DNA from: Caldisericia bacterium | Lineage (GTDB): Bacteria > Caldisericota > Caldisericia > UBA6126 | Assembly (NCBI GenBank): GCA_023146045.1 | Contig: JAGLCW010000094.1 | Coordinates: forward strand, 2,579-66,578 | Reading direction: 5' to 3' | Length of the DNA stretch: 64,000 nucleotides | In this document: positions 11,001 through 19,429 of the stretch, piece after piece | Layout of the letters: the number at the start of each line of letters is the position of its first letter | Position numbering within the stretch: the first letter of the stretch is position 1 | Notes under the pieces: generated by a model | Told to the model about the DNA's origin: nothing | What the model saw: the letters and a program-made list of their open reading frames with translations, nothing else | The model's database searches: none | Position numbers and translations under genes: made by a program

Positions 11001-12763
11001 CTTTAACTGGATTCTTTGATTCAGGATTGTCTCTGGAAAAAGGAACATATACATTAAAACCAAGCAAAGAAGGATGTATTTTTTCTCCTGAAACACAAAC
11101 TATAAACATTGTGTGTAATGATTATTCTGTGATTGAATGGGAGGGCAACTATCAAAGCAGCACGAAACCCGTAATAGTATGGCTAGACTCTCCAATCAAT
11201 TATGTAAAAAAAGAGCAATCTTTACCTGCATCTTATAAAATAAAAGTAATGGTTGGAGACAAAGGTGCTGAAGTATCTAATTTTATGGCTGCAAAAATTG
11301 TTTTACACTTCGATGAAAACTATTTTGCTTTTGTTGATGTTAATGAAGGATCCTTTTTGAAAAAAGACAACGGATCAACATTTTTTACTCACAAATTGAT
11401 TGATGGTGGTATGTTAGAAATTGATATTTCAAGGACAAATGGTTCTGTTGGTGGCTTTGGAGAGATAGCTACTGTAACTTTTTCTTTGCAATCAATTTCT
11501 TCCACAGTATTGCTTAGCCAAAGAGCTGGACAACGAACACTTACTTCAATTGGTATTGAAAAAGCTGACATAAGAAATAAAGACGGTGTATCTCAATCTG
11601 TGTTAACGGAAAACTGCATTTTTTATGTTCAAAGCAGTAGTTCAAACGAATCTCATATTTGTGATTTCAATAAAGACGGTTTGGTCAATTTTGATGATAT
11701 GATGATTTTTTCTTTGGCGTATGGTAAACGAATCGGAAATCCTGGCTGGAACAGCCAAACTCAAACTTCTGGATCGCCATTCGAGAGATGTGATGTGTGG
11801 TGCTCCAGAAATCCACCACCAGCTCCAGCTGAATATTCTATTGGAGATGGGGTAATAGATTTTAATGATCTTGTTTTTTTCAGTATGAATTTCAGATATT
11901 TTGCTGAAAATAATACAAGTAGTGTTAATAAAAGACCTATTGTACTAAGTATTGGGAGGGCTTTTGCTGGTGCTAAAATTCAAATTGTGCAACCATTAAA
12001 GAAAGCCTTTATGGTGGGGGATGAAGTTGCATTTAATGTAGCAATAAGTGAAATTGATCAAATTGTTAGAGGGATACAGTTAACTTTTGAGTACCAGAAT
12101 GATCTTCTGGAATTTGTTAGCGTCACAGAAGGAAACTATTTGAAAGATACAAAAGCCAATGGAACAATGTTCATGCCAACAAATAATGGAGCAACTATTG
12201 AGATATCTACAGCTGTTATGGGTGAACCAAAAGAAAGCGTTATTGGTGGATTAATAGCTACAGTAAATTTTAAGTGTCTAAAAGTTGGATCTGTAGTTTT
12301 TAACAAAAAGAAACTTGATGTAAGAAATATTGACAATAAAACAATACTTACGTCTTTTGAAAGTATACCATTTAGTATTACGGGTACTCAAAAAAGAACA
12401 ATAAAATTAGTAATCGGCAGTAAAAGTGCTTTTATCAATGATAAGGAAATGGTTTTAGATGTTCCACCTACAATTGTCTCTGGTAGAACTATGGTGCCAA
12501 TAAGGTTTGTTTCAGAAGGACTTGGAGCAAAAGTAGAATGGGACGGAGAGACAAAAACAATATCAATCGTATTTGGAGACGATGTAATCTCTATGATTAT
12601 TGGAGTTGATGTTGCTATTCACAATGGTAAAGCCGTTAAAATGGACGCCCCTCCATTTATAATGAGTGGTAGAACTATGGTGCCAATAAGGTTTGTTTCA
12701 GAAGGACTTGGAGCAAAAGTAGAATGGGACGGAGAGACAAGAACAGTTACAATTATCAAATAA
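8081..12763 (+). CDS. Giant (1560 aa) secreted surface protein: about 10 Cys-rich prealbumin/CarboxypepD_reg-like repeats, two cohesin-like domains flanking a dockerin-like Ca-binding repeat, and two CuAO-N domains
   Basis: Signal peptide. The ~88-aa repeat 'FxCxC..GRIxVxMPxxCxxGTxVxIxxxxGxxVxTxxSxxxGxFDxGCxLPCxxxYxxVPxxxxCTFSPxSxxVxVxCCP' occurs about 10 times. 'DFNKDGLVNFDD' matches the dockerin DxNxDGxVNxxD loop. The C-terminus has two CuAO-N domains (VPIRFVSEGLGAKVEWDGETKT). Confidence 0.75.
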   Translation: MKRSWIQRTLVYLCVLVLFFTILPVKQSIAIPRPCNGAISGSISPASCGAGFRITVKNENGETLWEGTTDSQGNFTTPFSLPGGTAIVEAMKIGCNITPSSQKVTVECEKKATVRFTCKCEGHEEKGRILVYMPKNCLRGTSVRITGVSNNQSMNLTEYNQQGAFDSGCELFCNTEYVVQPINKNCTFSPESRRVKVACCPKETKVTFSCDCKKDSGRIVVYMPEDCKPGTYVDIFNEQGTIVKTLSGVFDTGCTLPCQKSYKVVPRHPQKAFTPKSVVVNVPCCPEYARAEFTKCTSGSMNKGRIKIEIPRSCISGTTVNVYNSNGSLVKTLNSASRGGYFDTECTLPCPGMYNIIPKNANMVFSPASQRVSVKCCPDISQISFRCSEKPKEKGRIVVKLPYKCIKVDNVTTVINLYNEKGSLVDIIKPDSQGQYDTQCSIESGKNYTLVPQNDNCTFSPSKKQVLVLPCPDITTAAFTCECGSKKGRIIVKMDEKCLSGTKINIYDENGRLYTTLTSVNPQGEFDSGCSIPCNKKYEIVPYNPSFNFSPSRKVVYLKCCPDISTVIFSCGSTQKKGSFAIYVPENCQKGTSIYIYDTHGNVAKIITSVDSDGYFRTGCTLLCNESYKIVPKNNSCTFDPPVKQLVLDCCPSETKTSFECDCEEKDGRIKVHLSRECATDAVIHIYDINNNLVITVTSNIGGVFDTGCVLPCDKYYKVVPEKKDCTFSPASKTIEKLLCCPEINQVAFECECDKNGGRLLIKIPEDCINVEKEQTAIYIYDQAGNIADIINAPGADGYYDTGKTLKCDEFYKVKPKNSLCTFSPESQLVKVDCSKDGKTVQFQCSCTSKKGRIYSRIDGGYDGVSLQVFDESSKHLILTLTNPGSNGFDTGCILSTNTMYKLVPSKDGCTFSPPSISVQPKACPDSASVTFKLKCQPDCFGGFKGYFLNRYTKGTSIQILKNGNVTKTIQSDSLTGFFDSGLSLEKGTYTLKPSKEGCIFSPETQTINIVCNDYSVIEWEGNYQSSTKPVIVWLDSPINYVKKEQSLPASYKIKVMVGDKGAEVSNFMAAKIVLHFDENYFAFVDVNEGSFLKKDNGSTFFTHKLIDGGMLEIDISRTNGSVGGFGEIATVTFSLQSISSTVLLSQRAGQRTLTSIGIEKADIRNKDGVSQSVLTENCIFYVQSSSSNESHICDFNKDGLVNFDDMMIFSLAYGKRIGNPGWNSQTQTSGSPFERCDVWCSRNPPPAPAEYSIGDGVIDFNDLVFFSMNFRYFAENNTSSVNKRPIVLSIGRAFAGAKIQIVQPLKKAFMVGDEVAFNVAISEIDQIVRGIQLTFEYQNDLLEFVSVTEGNYLKDTKANGTMFMPTNNGATIEISTAVMGEPKESVIGGLIATVNFKCLKVGSVVFNKKKLDVRNIDNKTILTSFESIPFSITGTQKRTIKLVIGSKSAFINDKEMVLDVPPTIVSGRTMVPIRFVSEGLGAKVEWDGETKTISIVFGDDVISMIIGVDVAIHNGKAVKMDAPPFIMSGRTMVPIRFVSEGLGAKVEWDGETRTVTIIK

Positions 12764-12785
12764 TGACGTATGTAAATTTAGATAA

Positions 12786-12816
12786 AAAAGCCCTGGGAAA
12801 TTCCCAGGGCTTTTTT
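12786..12816. terminator. Bidirectional rho-independent terminator
   Basis: Hairpin AAAAGCCCTGGGAAATTCCCAGGGCTTTTTT between the convergent genes ending at 12763 (+) and 12829 (-). Confidence 0.7.
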
Positions 12817-12828
12817 ATCTTTCTCAAT

Positions 12829-13860
12829 TTACTTTACAAATTTTACAATAGCTGGTTCTATATCTTCTGTGATGCTATTTATGGCATCTTTATAATGGAT
12901 CTTGAGCTTTCCATCAATTAGCATTAAATATGGTGCTTCACCAAGATACAAAACGTTTGATATTGATCTGTTTGAGTCACATATTACTGGTTCAGTTCTT
13001 GCATAATCTGTAATGAACCTTTCAGAGTCTATTTCATTTGCGTCAGTAATAAATATTACTTTAATGCCATAAGGAGTCAATAAATCTCTTACTGTTCCGC
13101 ATTTTGATTTACAAGTACCACACCCAACGTCTACATAAATTAATGCAGTATTTTCACCTTTTAGATCAGAAAGCGTCCACTTTTTCCCAGATACATCTGT
13201 TCCTTGGAATGTCTTTAAAAAATCACCCTGTCCTGCCAAAGATAGACCGTTTGGGAAAAGTCTTTTAAATTCTTCATTACCTTTAGCATAAAGAAAAACC
13301 ATTTTAAATGTCTTTAAAAAGCTTTCTTTAAAAGTTTCAGCGAACTTATTTAGATCTTCTTCATCTGGTTTGAAAATTCCGTTATTGCCTGCAAGAGCGT
13401 CAATTGTTAGCCCATTGAAATGGTGGAAGTAGCTCCCGAGATATGTTTTTGCTCCACCAATAGAAAAAGAGTCCATCATTCCTATTGAATAAACAGACAT
13501 TTGAGCATCAAAGATTACTGCTCCATCTGGGAAATTAGGTATTGGAAACTGAGCAGTGAAACCTAATTCACGTTGTAGCTTATTGTCCCAAATTTCTCCA
13601 ACCTTTATCTTGAAATTTTTATCGTCTGAGTCTCTAAGAACTGCAGGATTAGAAATTGAAAAGGTTGACTTCATTGCTGCTGTTTCAACAGTCTCTATTA
13701 AACTTTTTTTGCTAATCATATTTGTAAAGAAAAAAACATTGAATAAGAGTGATGCAGCTAAAATTATCACCAATCCTTTTTTTAAATTTGAATTCGTCGA
13801 TTTAACTTCTGGTATAGAATTCTTGTTTTTTGGACTGTGATTATATCGTTTTCTAGCCAT
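12829..13860 (-). CDS. Membrane-anchored thioredoxin-fold protein (TlpA/ResA-like thiol-disulfide oxidoreductase)
   Basis: N-terminal basic region and TM helix. The C-terminal domain has 'LSDLKGENTALIYVDVGCGTCKSKC', a redoxin-like CxxC arrangement. Confidence 0.55.
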   Translation of the reverse strand: MARKRYNHSPKNKNSIPEVKSTNSNLKKGLVIILAASLLFNVFFFTNMISKKSLIETVETAAMKSTFSISNPAVLRDSDDKNFKIKVGEIWDNKLQRELGFTAQFPIPNFPDGAVIFDAQMSVYSIGMMDSFSIGGAKTYLGSYFHHFNGLTIDALAGNNGIFKPDEEDLNKFAETFKESFLKTFKMVFLYAKGNEEFKRLFPNGLSLAGQGDFLKTFQGTDVSGKKWTLSDLKGENTALIYVDVGCGTCKSKCGTVRDLLTPYGIKVIFITDANEIDSERFITDYARTEPVICDSNRSISNVLYLGEAPYLMLIDGKLKIHYKDAINSITEDIEPAIVKFVK

Positions 13861-15079
13861 GTTTTTTTACTTCTTCACTAATCAATGTTCCAAGTCTTCT
13901 TATGCCTTCTTCTATTTGTTCTAGGGTTGGCTTTGTAAAGTTTAACCTAAGTGTATTATTCCCACTTCCGTCTGGGTAAAAAGCTGATCCTGGAATATAT
14001 GCAACTTGTTGCTCTTCTACTGCAATTTTGAACATTATCTGAGTGTCAATGTATTCTGGGAGTACACACCAAAGGAACATCCCCCCTTCGGGAACATTAG
14101 TTTTTACTTCCTTAGGGAAGTGTTTGTTTATTGCATCTATCATTGTCTTGCATTTAACGGAATATACTTCTCTAATTTCTTCAATATGTGGCCAAAGGTA
14201 GTCTTTTTTTAGATAAAAGTCTGTAGCCATTTGAATAATTACTGGAGAGCATAAGTCAGAAGATTGTTTCATTAAATTGATTCGAGCAATTATTGGTTTT
14301 GGAGCCACTATCCATCCAAGACGGTTTCCTGGGGCAAGTATTTTGGAAAAAGTACGTAAATAAATTACTCTTTCGTTTTCTCTATCTAGAGATTTTAGAC
14401 AAGGAACAGCTTCTCCAGAATATCGAAGATCACCGTACGGATTGTCTTCTACGATAAGGAAATTGTATTCTTTTGCTAATTCAAGGACTCTTTTTCTTCT
14501 TTCAAGACTCATACAAACCCCACCAGGATTTTGAAAAGTTGGGATTGTGTAGAAGAATTTTGGTGTTTTTCCTTCGGATTTTAGTTTCGCAAGAATGCTT
14601 TCTAGCTCGTCTATTTTCGCACCGTGTTCGTCAATGTTTACACATTTAAAAACAGCGCCAAAAGTAGTAAAACTCTGAATTGCACTTAAATATGTTGGCT
14701 TTTCAGTGATAATAATATCACCTTTACCGATAAAAACTTGAGAAATAAAGCTAATGCCTTGTTGAGATGCAGTTGTTATAATAAGATTGTCTAAATCAAT
14801 ATTGTCAATACCATCTTTTTTTGATAGCTCTAGCATAGATTCACGAAATGGCATATACCCTGCTGTTTCTCCGTATTGAAGAGCAATTTTTCCATTTACT
14901 GGAGTTAATGCTTCGTCCATGCATTCTTTGAATTCCTTAATCGGAAATAAATCTGGATCAGGTAAACCTCCAGCCAAGGATATTATTCCTGGTTGGTTAC
15001 CAAGTTTTAGCAGTTCACGAATAATTGAAGACTTTACTCGGCCAGAGCGTTCTGAAAAAAATACACCATGATCTAACAT
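13853..15079 (-). CDS. PLP-dependent aminotransferase, class I/II (MocR/2-aminoadipate aminotransferase-like, no HTH)
   Basis: Fold-type I aminotransferase features including the PLP-lysine context 'TFSKILAPGNRLGW'. Confidence 0.7.
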   Translation of the reverse strand: MLDHGVFFSERSGRVKSSIIRELLKLGNQPGIISLAGGLPDPDLFPIKEFKECMDEALTPVNGKIALQYGETAGYMPFRESMLELSKKDGIDNIDLDNLIITTASQQGISFISQVFIGKGDIIITEKPTYLSAIQSFTTFGAVFKCVNIDEHGAKIDELESILAKLKSEGKTPKFFYTIPTFQNPGGVCMSLERRKRVLELAKEYNFLIVEDNPYGDLRYSGEAVPCLKSLDRENERVIYLRTFSKILAPGNRLGWIVAPKPIIARINLMKQSSDLCSPVIIQMATDFYLKKDYLWPHIEEIREVYSVKCKTMIDAINKHFPKEVKTNVPEGGMFLWCVLPEYIDTQIMFKIAVEEQQVAYIPGSAFYPDGSGNNTLRLNFTKPTLEQIEEGIRRLGTLISEEVKKHG

Positions 15080-15081
15080 TG

Positions 15082-16326
15082 CTAAACCTTCCTTTTCTGA
15101 TCAGAAAACTGATATTTAAAATATGTTATTTGATTTGGTAGATTCACTTCGATAAATACTAAACCATTATCTGTAAGTGAAAATTCCGTTTTACGCGTAC
15201 TTAAAGAATGTTTTCTCCAAATTAAGTGTTTTCTCCAGTTAAGTTCAACAATTTCCTTCTGCAAGTAAAATGGTCGCAAATCTGTTTTCGGAGTATATGT
15301 GATAAAAAAATTTGAATAGAAAATTTCCGCATTATCAATCTTATACCCAAATCTTTCTTTAGATAGGATACAGTCACCAGATAAATCATACAAAAGTAAT
15401 GTTGATGAGGTTGTAACTAGAAGTACATCTTTTTTTTGAGAAAAAGAAACTTTTGTAATAGGCTCTTTAACGTCTGTTTGCCAAAGAATTACTCCATCGA
15501 TGTTTGCAAGAAACAAATGATATAGTTCTTCATTGTTAACTCTTTGTTTAAAACTTATGCAAATATTTCCATCGTTGCTTATGTCTTGTAAGAATGGATA
15601 TTTCTTGGACGATGTGTTTCCATCAACTGAAATTTGTTTATTCCAGTGAACAAAAGCATAGTAGCTAATACACTCAATAACTCCTTTTCCCGTGCTCCAT
15701 ATAAGTAGTTTACCATCCGGAGAAGGCGTTAGTTTGTACCTAGAGTAAGTATCTGGGAGCTTTTTTGGTGTCTCAATCGTGGCTCCCTCTGAATTTGTTA
15801 AAAAATAGTAATTTTCTAGATTGTGGAGAGATGAAGCAAGAAAGCCTATTTTTCCATCTTTGAATACCCAAAAATCTTGGATAAAAAAATTCTCTGGTTT
15901 ATAAAACTTTTCCCAAACTGTGCGTTGTTCCGTTATGTCAATACAAAAAACAGAATAGCATTTTACAAGAATAGATGATTCATCAAAAGTAAATTCTATA
16001 TCAAGAATTGGATCTTCAAATTGATGATCGAATAGCAACTCTCCAGCTTCGTTGAATATTGAAATTAAACCAGTTTCGCTTCCAACTGCAATAAAGGAGC
16101 CTTTTTCAGAAATCGCATGAGATGTGATGTTCTCGGTGGTTTCAATTGTCCAATTGCTTTTTAGTGATCCAGATGCGAAAGTGTTTTTAGATTCAATCCA
16201 AAAAAGCGATGAAACAATCAGCAAGATTAAAAAAAAGACTAACGTAATGGTAAAATAACTTAATTGTGTAGTTTTATTTAATATCTTCATCGACATAATT
16301 ATATGGGAAAGAAAATTTTTTCTCAA
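15082..16326 (-). CDS. Membrane-anchored beta-propeller (WD40/PQQ-like) hypothetical protein
   Basis: N-terminal TM helix followed by repeated beta-strand-rich blades. No catalytic motif. Confidence 0.45.
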   Translation of the reverse strand: MRKNFLSHIIMSMKILNKTTQLSYFTITLVFFLILLIVSSLFWIESKNTFASGSLKSNWTIETTENITSHAISEKGSFIAVGSETGLISIFNEAGELLFDHQFEDPILDIEFTFDESSILVKCYSVFCIDITEQRTVWEKFYKPENFFIQDFWVFKDGKIGFLASSLHNLENYYFLTNSEGATIETPKKLPDTYSRYKLTPSPDGKLLIWSTGKGVIECISYYAFVHWNKQISVDGNTSSKKYPFLQDISNDGNICISFKQRVNNEELYHLFLANIDGVILWQTDVKEPITKVSFSQKKDVLLVTTSSTLLLYDLSGDCILSKERFGYKIDNAEIFYSNFFITYTPKTDLRPFYLQKEIVELNWRKHLIWRKHSLSTRKTEFSLTDNGLVFIEVNLPNQITYFKYQFSDQKRKV

Positions 16327-16386
16327 TTACATTTCTTACAGTTTTTAAATAAACACTGTATAAAGAAAAAGTATGAAGGATTTATC

Positions 16387-18549
16387 ATGGTTGGAACTGG
16401 TTTTTTATATATATCAGCGTTTTTGTCGTTAATCTCTGCTGTTTTCTTGTTAAATAATAAGAAGTTCAAAAAACTTGCGCATATTGGTATTTATTTTTCA
16501 GTTGGACTAATATTCTTTTCTTTCCTTTACTATGTGTATTTGTTTTTGGCGCATTCTTTTGAATTTGTAAATGTTTTTAATAATTCGTGTTTGAGTATGT
16601 CTACACTACAATTGATTGCTTGCTCATGGTCTGGGCAATCCGGGTCACTTTTTTTATGGATAATATTTACAGGATTTACTGTGCTGATAGCACGGAAAAA
16701 CATGGTTGATAAAGTATGGAAAAGCGTAATATTATTGGGGATGCAATTAATCTTACTGCTGTTGCTAATTCAATCTAAACCGTTCGCGGTACAGCAAATT
16801 CTAGTATCTGACGGTATGGGGTTAAATCCTGTTTTAAGTAATCCACTAATGGTATTGCACCCGCCTTTTGCTTTCTTAGCATATTCTTTTATCGGTTTAT
16901 TCTTTTCTGCTGGATTGGCTTCTTTAATCGAAGAATCAAACAATGAATGGATAAAAGAAAATTCCTATAGTTTATATTTTGCTTTTTTTGGATTAACTGT
17001 TGCAATTATTCTTGGGTCATTTTGGGCATACGAGATTATAGGTTGGGGAGGCTATTGGGCGTTTGACCCTGTAGAGAGTGGTTCTCTTTCTCTTTGGCTT
17101 TGTGTTGTTGCATTGTTGCACATGCTAGATAGAAAAGGAAATCCAAAGAAAAGTTCATCTTTATTCTACATAATCCCAATTTTTTCAGTGTTTTCAATGT
17201 ACTATGTTAGTTTTTTAATCCGATCAGGATTACTCCAGAGTTTCACTGCACATTCATATGCCAAAGGCGGCTTAGTAAGTGCTCTGTATGGGATTTGCTT
17301 GATCTTTTTTATTATTCCTATTTCAGTTTTTTTGATTAAAAAAAGGAAAAACAAAGAGAGGAAAAAGCTTGATCATAGTAAGTGCACGAAAGTAAAGGAA
17401 AAATATTTTGTTGCAAAGTCATTATTTTGTTTAGGGATAATACTATTTTTACAAGTGAATTTACCAATAATCCAGATTTCAAGTGAGTTAATTCTAAGAA
17501 CAAATGAAGTAATAATTGATGTATTTTTGATTAGCTTCATGCTTCTATTGAATATTTCGCAAATTAATATGATTTTAGAAAAAAAATATTCTAAAAAAAC
17601 AATGTGGGTTTCAATATTCATGTCTTTTGTTCTTACAATATGCATTGTATTGGTTTACGCAAAACTTAAGAATAGTAGATTATTTTGGGTGTATTTAGTT
17701 ACAATATTTTCTGCATTTTACTGGATTTTTTCTAATGCTTTTGTTCGGGTGAAAAGCTGGCAAAAAGTTAGCATTAAAATAATTCATGTTGCCATAGGTT
17801 TAATTATTCCTGGAATTGTTTTAACTTCAGCTTTGTCTCAATCATGGCAGCTGTATGTAGGTACGCAAAAACCAAAAGTTTTAGATGAGTACCAATTGAT
17901 ACAGTTAGACAACCAAAAAAAAATAGACATGTACATTGGGAATAAAACAACTTTTTTTTTGGAATGCAAAGGGAATAACCTTAATGTGATTGAATTTAAT
18001 CCTGAAATATGGAATTATTCGAGAAATTACACAAATTTCTCTATGACAATTCCCTCAATAAACACTAGCTGGAAAAAAGATCTGCAATTGATTCCTTTTA
18101 CAGAAAACGGTATACAAATAAAAAATAGTAAGACCACTACATGGGATAGTGTAGAATATTATCTAGAGTCCTTAGAATTTGAGGAAAAACTAGACATTAT
18201 AAAGCAAAAAGCCAGACTCAAAATTCGTAGTAACAATACTGACGATGAAGAGTTTTATTTATTAAGAATGACTAACAAAAGTGGAAGACAACTTAATCCT
18301 GTGAGGGTATATTCAGAAATAACAAAAGGGCATATTATGTGGATTGACACAGATGAAGATTCAATAATTATTACAACAGATAAAAGAATGACACAAAGGA
18401 AATATGAGTTGATCGAAAAACCTGGTATGGTATGGATAAAATTTGGATTTGTTGTTCTTATTATTGGAAGTTTTTTACTAATGTATTTCTTTTTAGTGAA
18501 TAGATTTCAAAAAAAGAGAAAAAAAAGTAAAATTAATAATTATGAATAA
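16387..18549 (+). CDS. Cytochrome c-type biogenesis heme-lyase-like protein (CcmF/NrfE/CcsA family, WWD domain)
   Basis: WWD motif 'WAYEIIGWGGYWAFDPVESGSLSLWL'. Polytopic membrane protein with a soluble domain near the C-terminus and a final TM helix. Start chosen at the ATG at 16387 (preceded by GAAGGA), because the 16303 start overlaps the divergent gene. Confidence 0.55.
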   Translation: MVGTGFLYISAFLSLISAVFLLNNKKFKKLAHIGIYFSVGLIFFSFLYYVYLFLAHSFEFVNVFNNSCLSMSTLQLIACSWSGQSGSLFLWIIFTGFTVLIARKNMVDKVWKSVILLGMQLILLLLLIQSKPFAVQQILVSDGMGLNPVLSNPLMVLHPPFAFLAYSFIGLFFSAGLASLIEESNNEWIKENSYSLYFAFFGLTVAIILGSFWAYEIIGWGGYWAFDPVESGSLSLWLCVVALLHMLDRKGNPKKSSSLFYIIPIFSVFSMYYVSFLIRSGLLQSFTAHSYAKGGLVSALYGICLIFFIIPISVFLIKKRKNKERKKLDHSKCTKVKEKYFVAKSLFCLGIILFLQVNLPIIQISSELILRTNEVIIDVFLISFMLLLNISQINMILEKKYSKKTMWVSIFMSFVLTICIVLVYAKLKNSRLFWVYLVTIFSAFYWIFSNAFVRVKSWQKVSIKIIHVAIGLIIPGIVLTSALSQSWQLYVGTQKPKVLDEYQLIQLDNQKKIDMYIGNKTTFFLECKGNNLNVIEFNPEIWNYSRNYTNFSMTIPSINTSWKKDLQLIPFTENGIQIKNSKTTTWDSVEYYLESLEFEEKLDIIKQKARLKIRSNNTDDEEFYLLRMTNKSGRQLNPVRVYSEITKGHIMWIDTDEDSIIITTDKRMTQRKYELIEKPGMVWIKFGFVVLIIGSFLLMYFFLVNRFQKKRKKSKINNYE

Positions 18550-19429
18550 AAAATTAAATAGCTTAATCGATTTAAAACTTCTTCTTAGATTTATTCTTGG
18601 TTCTTTAACATCTATTCCTGTAGGAATACTATTTAGAGAAATGTACGTGTTGCCACTAAAAAGCAGTGGAACGGAATTAGTCAATATTTCTACCACTATG
18701 ATTTTTTTCTGGACAATAGTCGGTGTTGGAATAGGATTTGTTATAGGATTTTACATCATATCATTTTTAGTAGAGAGCATTGCTGGTTTAATAAATCAAA
18801 TCAAATTGTACATTCACGGGCTTTTCTCAAAAAAATCCTTTGTAATAGACAGTAGTACTGTATTGGATGGAAGAATTGAGCATCTTGTTAAAATGGGATT
18901 GTTTGATTCGATTTTCTATATTTCATCAATAACTTATGATGAATTAGAACGTCTAGCAAAAGTTAGCAGTATTTATGCAAGGAGAGTTGAAAAAGGAAGA
19001 GCAGTTATCGAATCCTTGAAAAAATTGTTAGGAAAAAAGTTAAAGCAAGTTTATTTTACTATCCCCCCAAGGACAATTCGCGAACATATTCTCAAACTAG
19101 CCATGAACACTCATTCTTCAATTATAACTTTAGACTCTTCATTGACAGATGAAGCTAGAGAAAAAAAGATTGATGTTATAAATATCAATGAACTAGCGTT
19201 GGTTTTTAGAGTCCAATTGACTGCAGGAGAATCATTCTCTGTAAAATTAGTTAGGGCTGGAAAAGAAAAAAAACAAGCTGTTGGGTATTTAGACGATGGA
19301 ATGATGGCAATTATCGAAGATGCGTCTAACTACATAAACAAAACCATAGAAGCGGAATGTGTTTCAGTTTTGCAATCTACCTCTGGGAAGATCGTATTTG
19401 GAAAGTTCATTCGTGAAAGCAAAACTTAA
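18542..19429 (+). CDS. yacL: PIN/TRAM-domain protein (YacL-like)
   Basis: N-terminal TM helices, then a PIN-like domain, then a C-terminal TRAM-like domain. Lies immediately upstream of ispDF as in Bacillus (yacL-ispD-ispF). Confidence 0.65.
   Translation: MNKKLNSLIDLKLLLRFILGSLTSIPVGILFREMYVLPLKSSGTELVNISTTMIFFWTIVGVGIGFVIGFYIISFLVESIAGLINQIKLYIHGLFSKKSFVIDSSTVLDGRIEHLVKMGLFDSIFYISSITYDELERLAKVSSIYARRVEKGRAVIESLKKLLGKKLKQVYFTIPPRTIREHILKLAMNTHSSIITLDSSLTDEAREKKIDVININELALVFRVQLTAGESFSVKLVRAGKEKKQAVGYLDDGMMAIIEDASNYINKTIEAECVSVLQSTSGKIVFGKFIRESKT

Noticed and set aside
8113-12336. Antisense ORFs (8113-8370, 8854-9036, 9961-10149, 10361-10878, 11389-11571, 12136-12336) inside the giant surface protein gene
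   Set aside because: These are shadow ORFs of the 1560-aa CDS. They have no RBS and implausible composition.
12476-12745. Exact direct repeats considered as a possible IS, MITE or CRISPR-like element
   Set aside because: The repeats are in-frame within coding sequence and encode duplicated protein domains. There are no terminal inverted repeats, no transposase and no regular spacer architecture.
16303-16386. Upstream ATG start (16303) for the CcmF-like gene
   Set aside because: It would overlap the divergent gene 15082-16326 by 24 nt. The ATG at 16387 has a GAAGGA RBS and begins right at the first TM helix.
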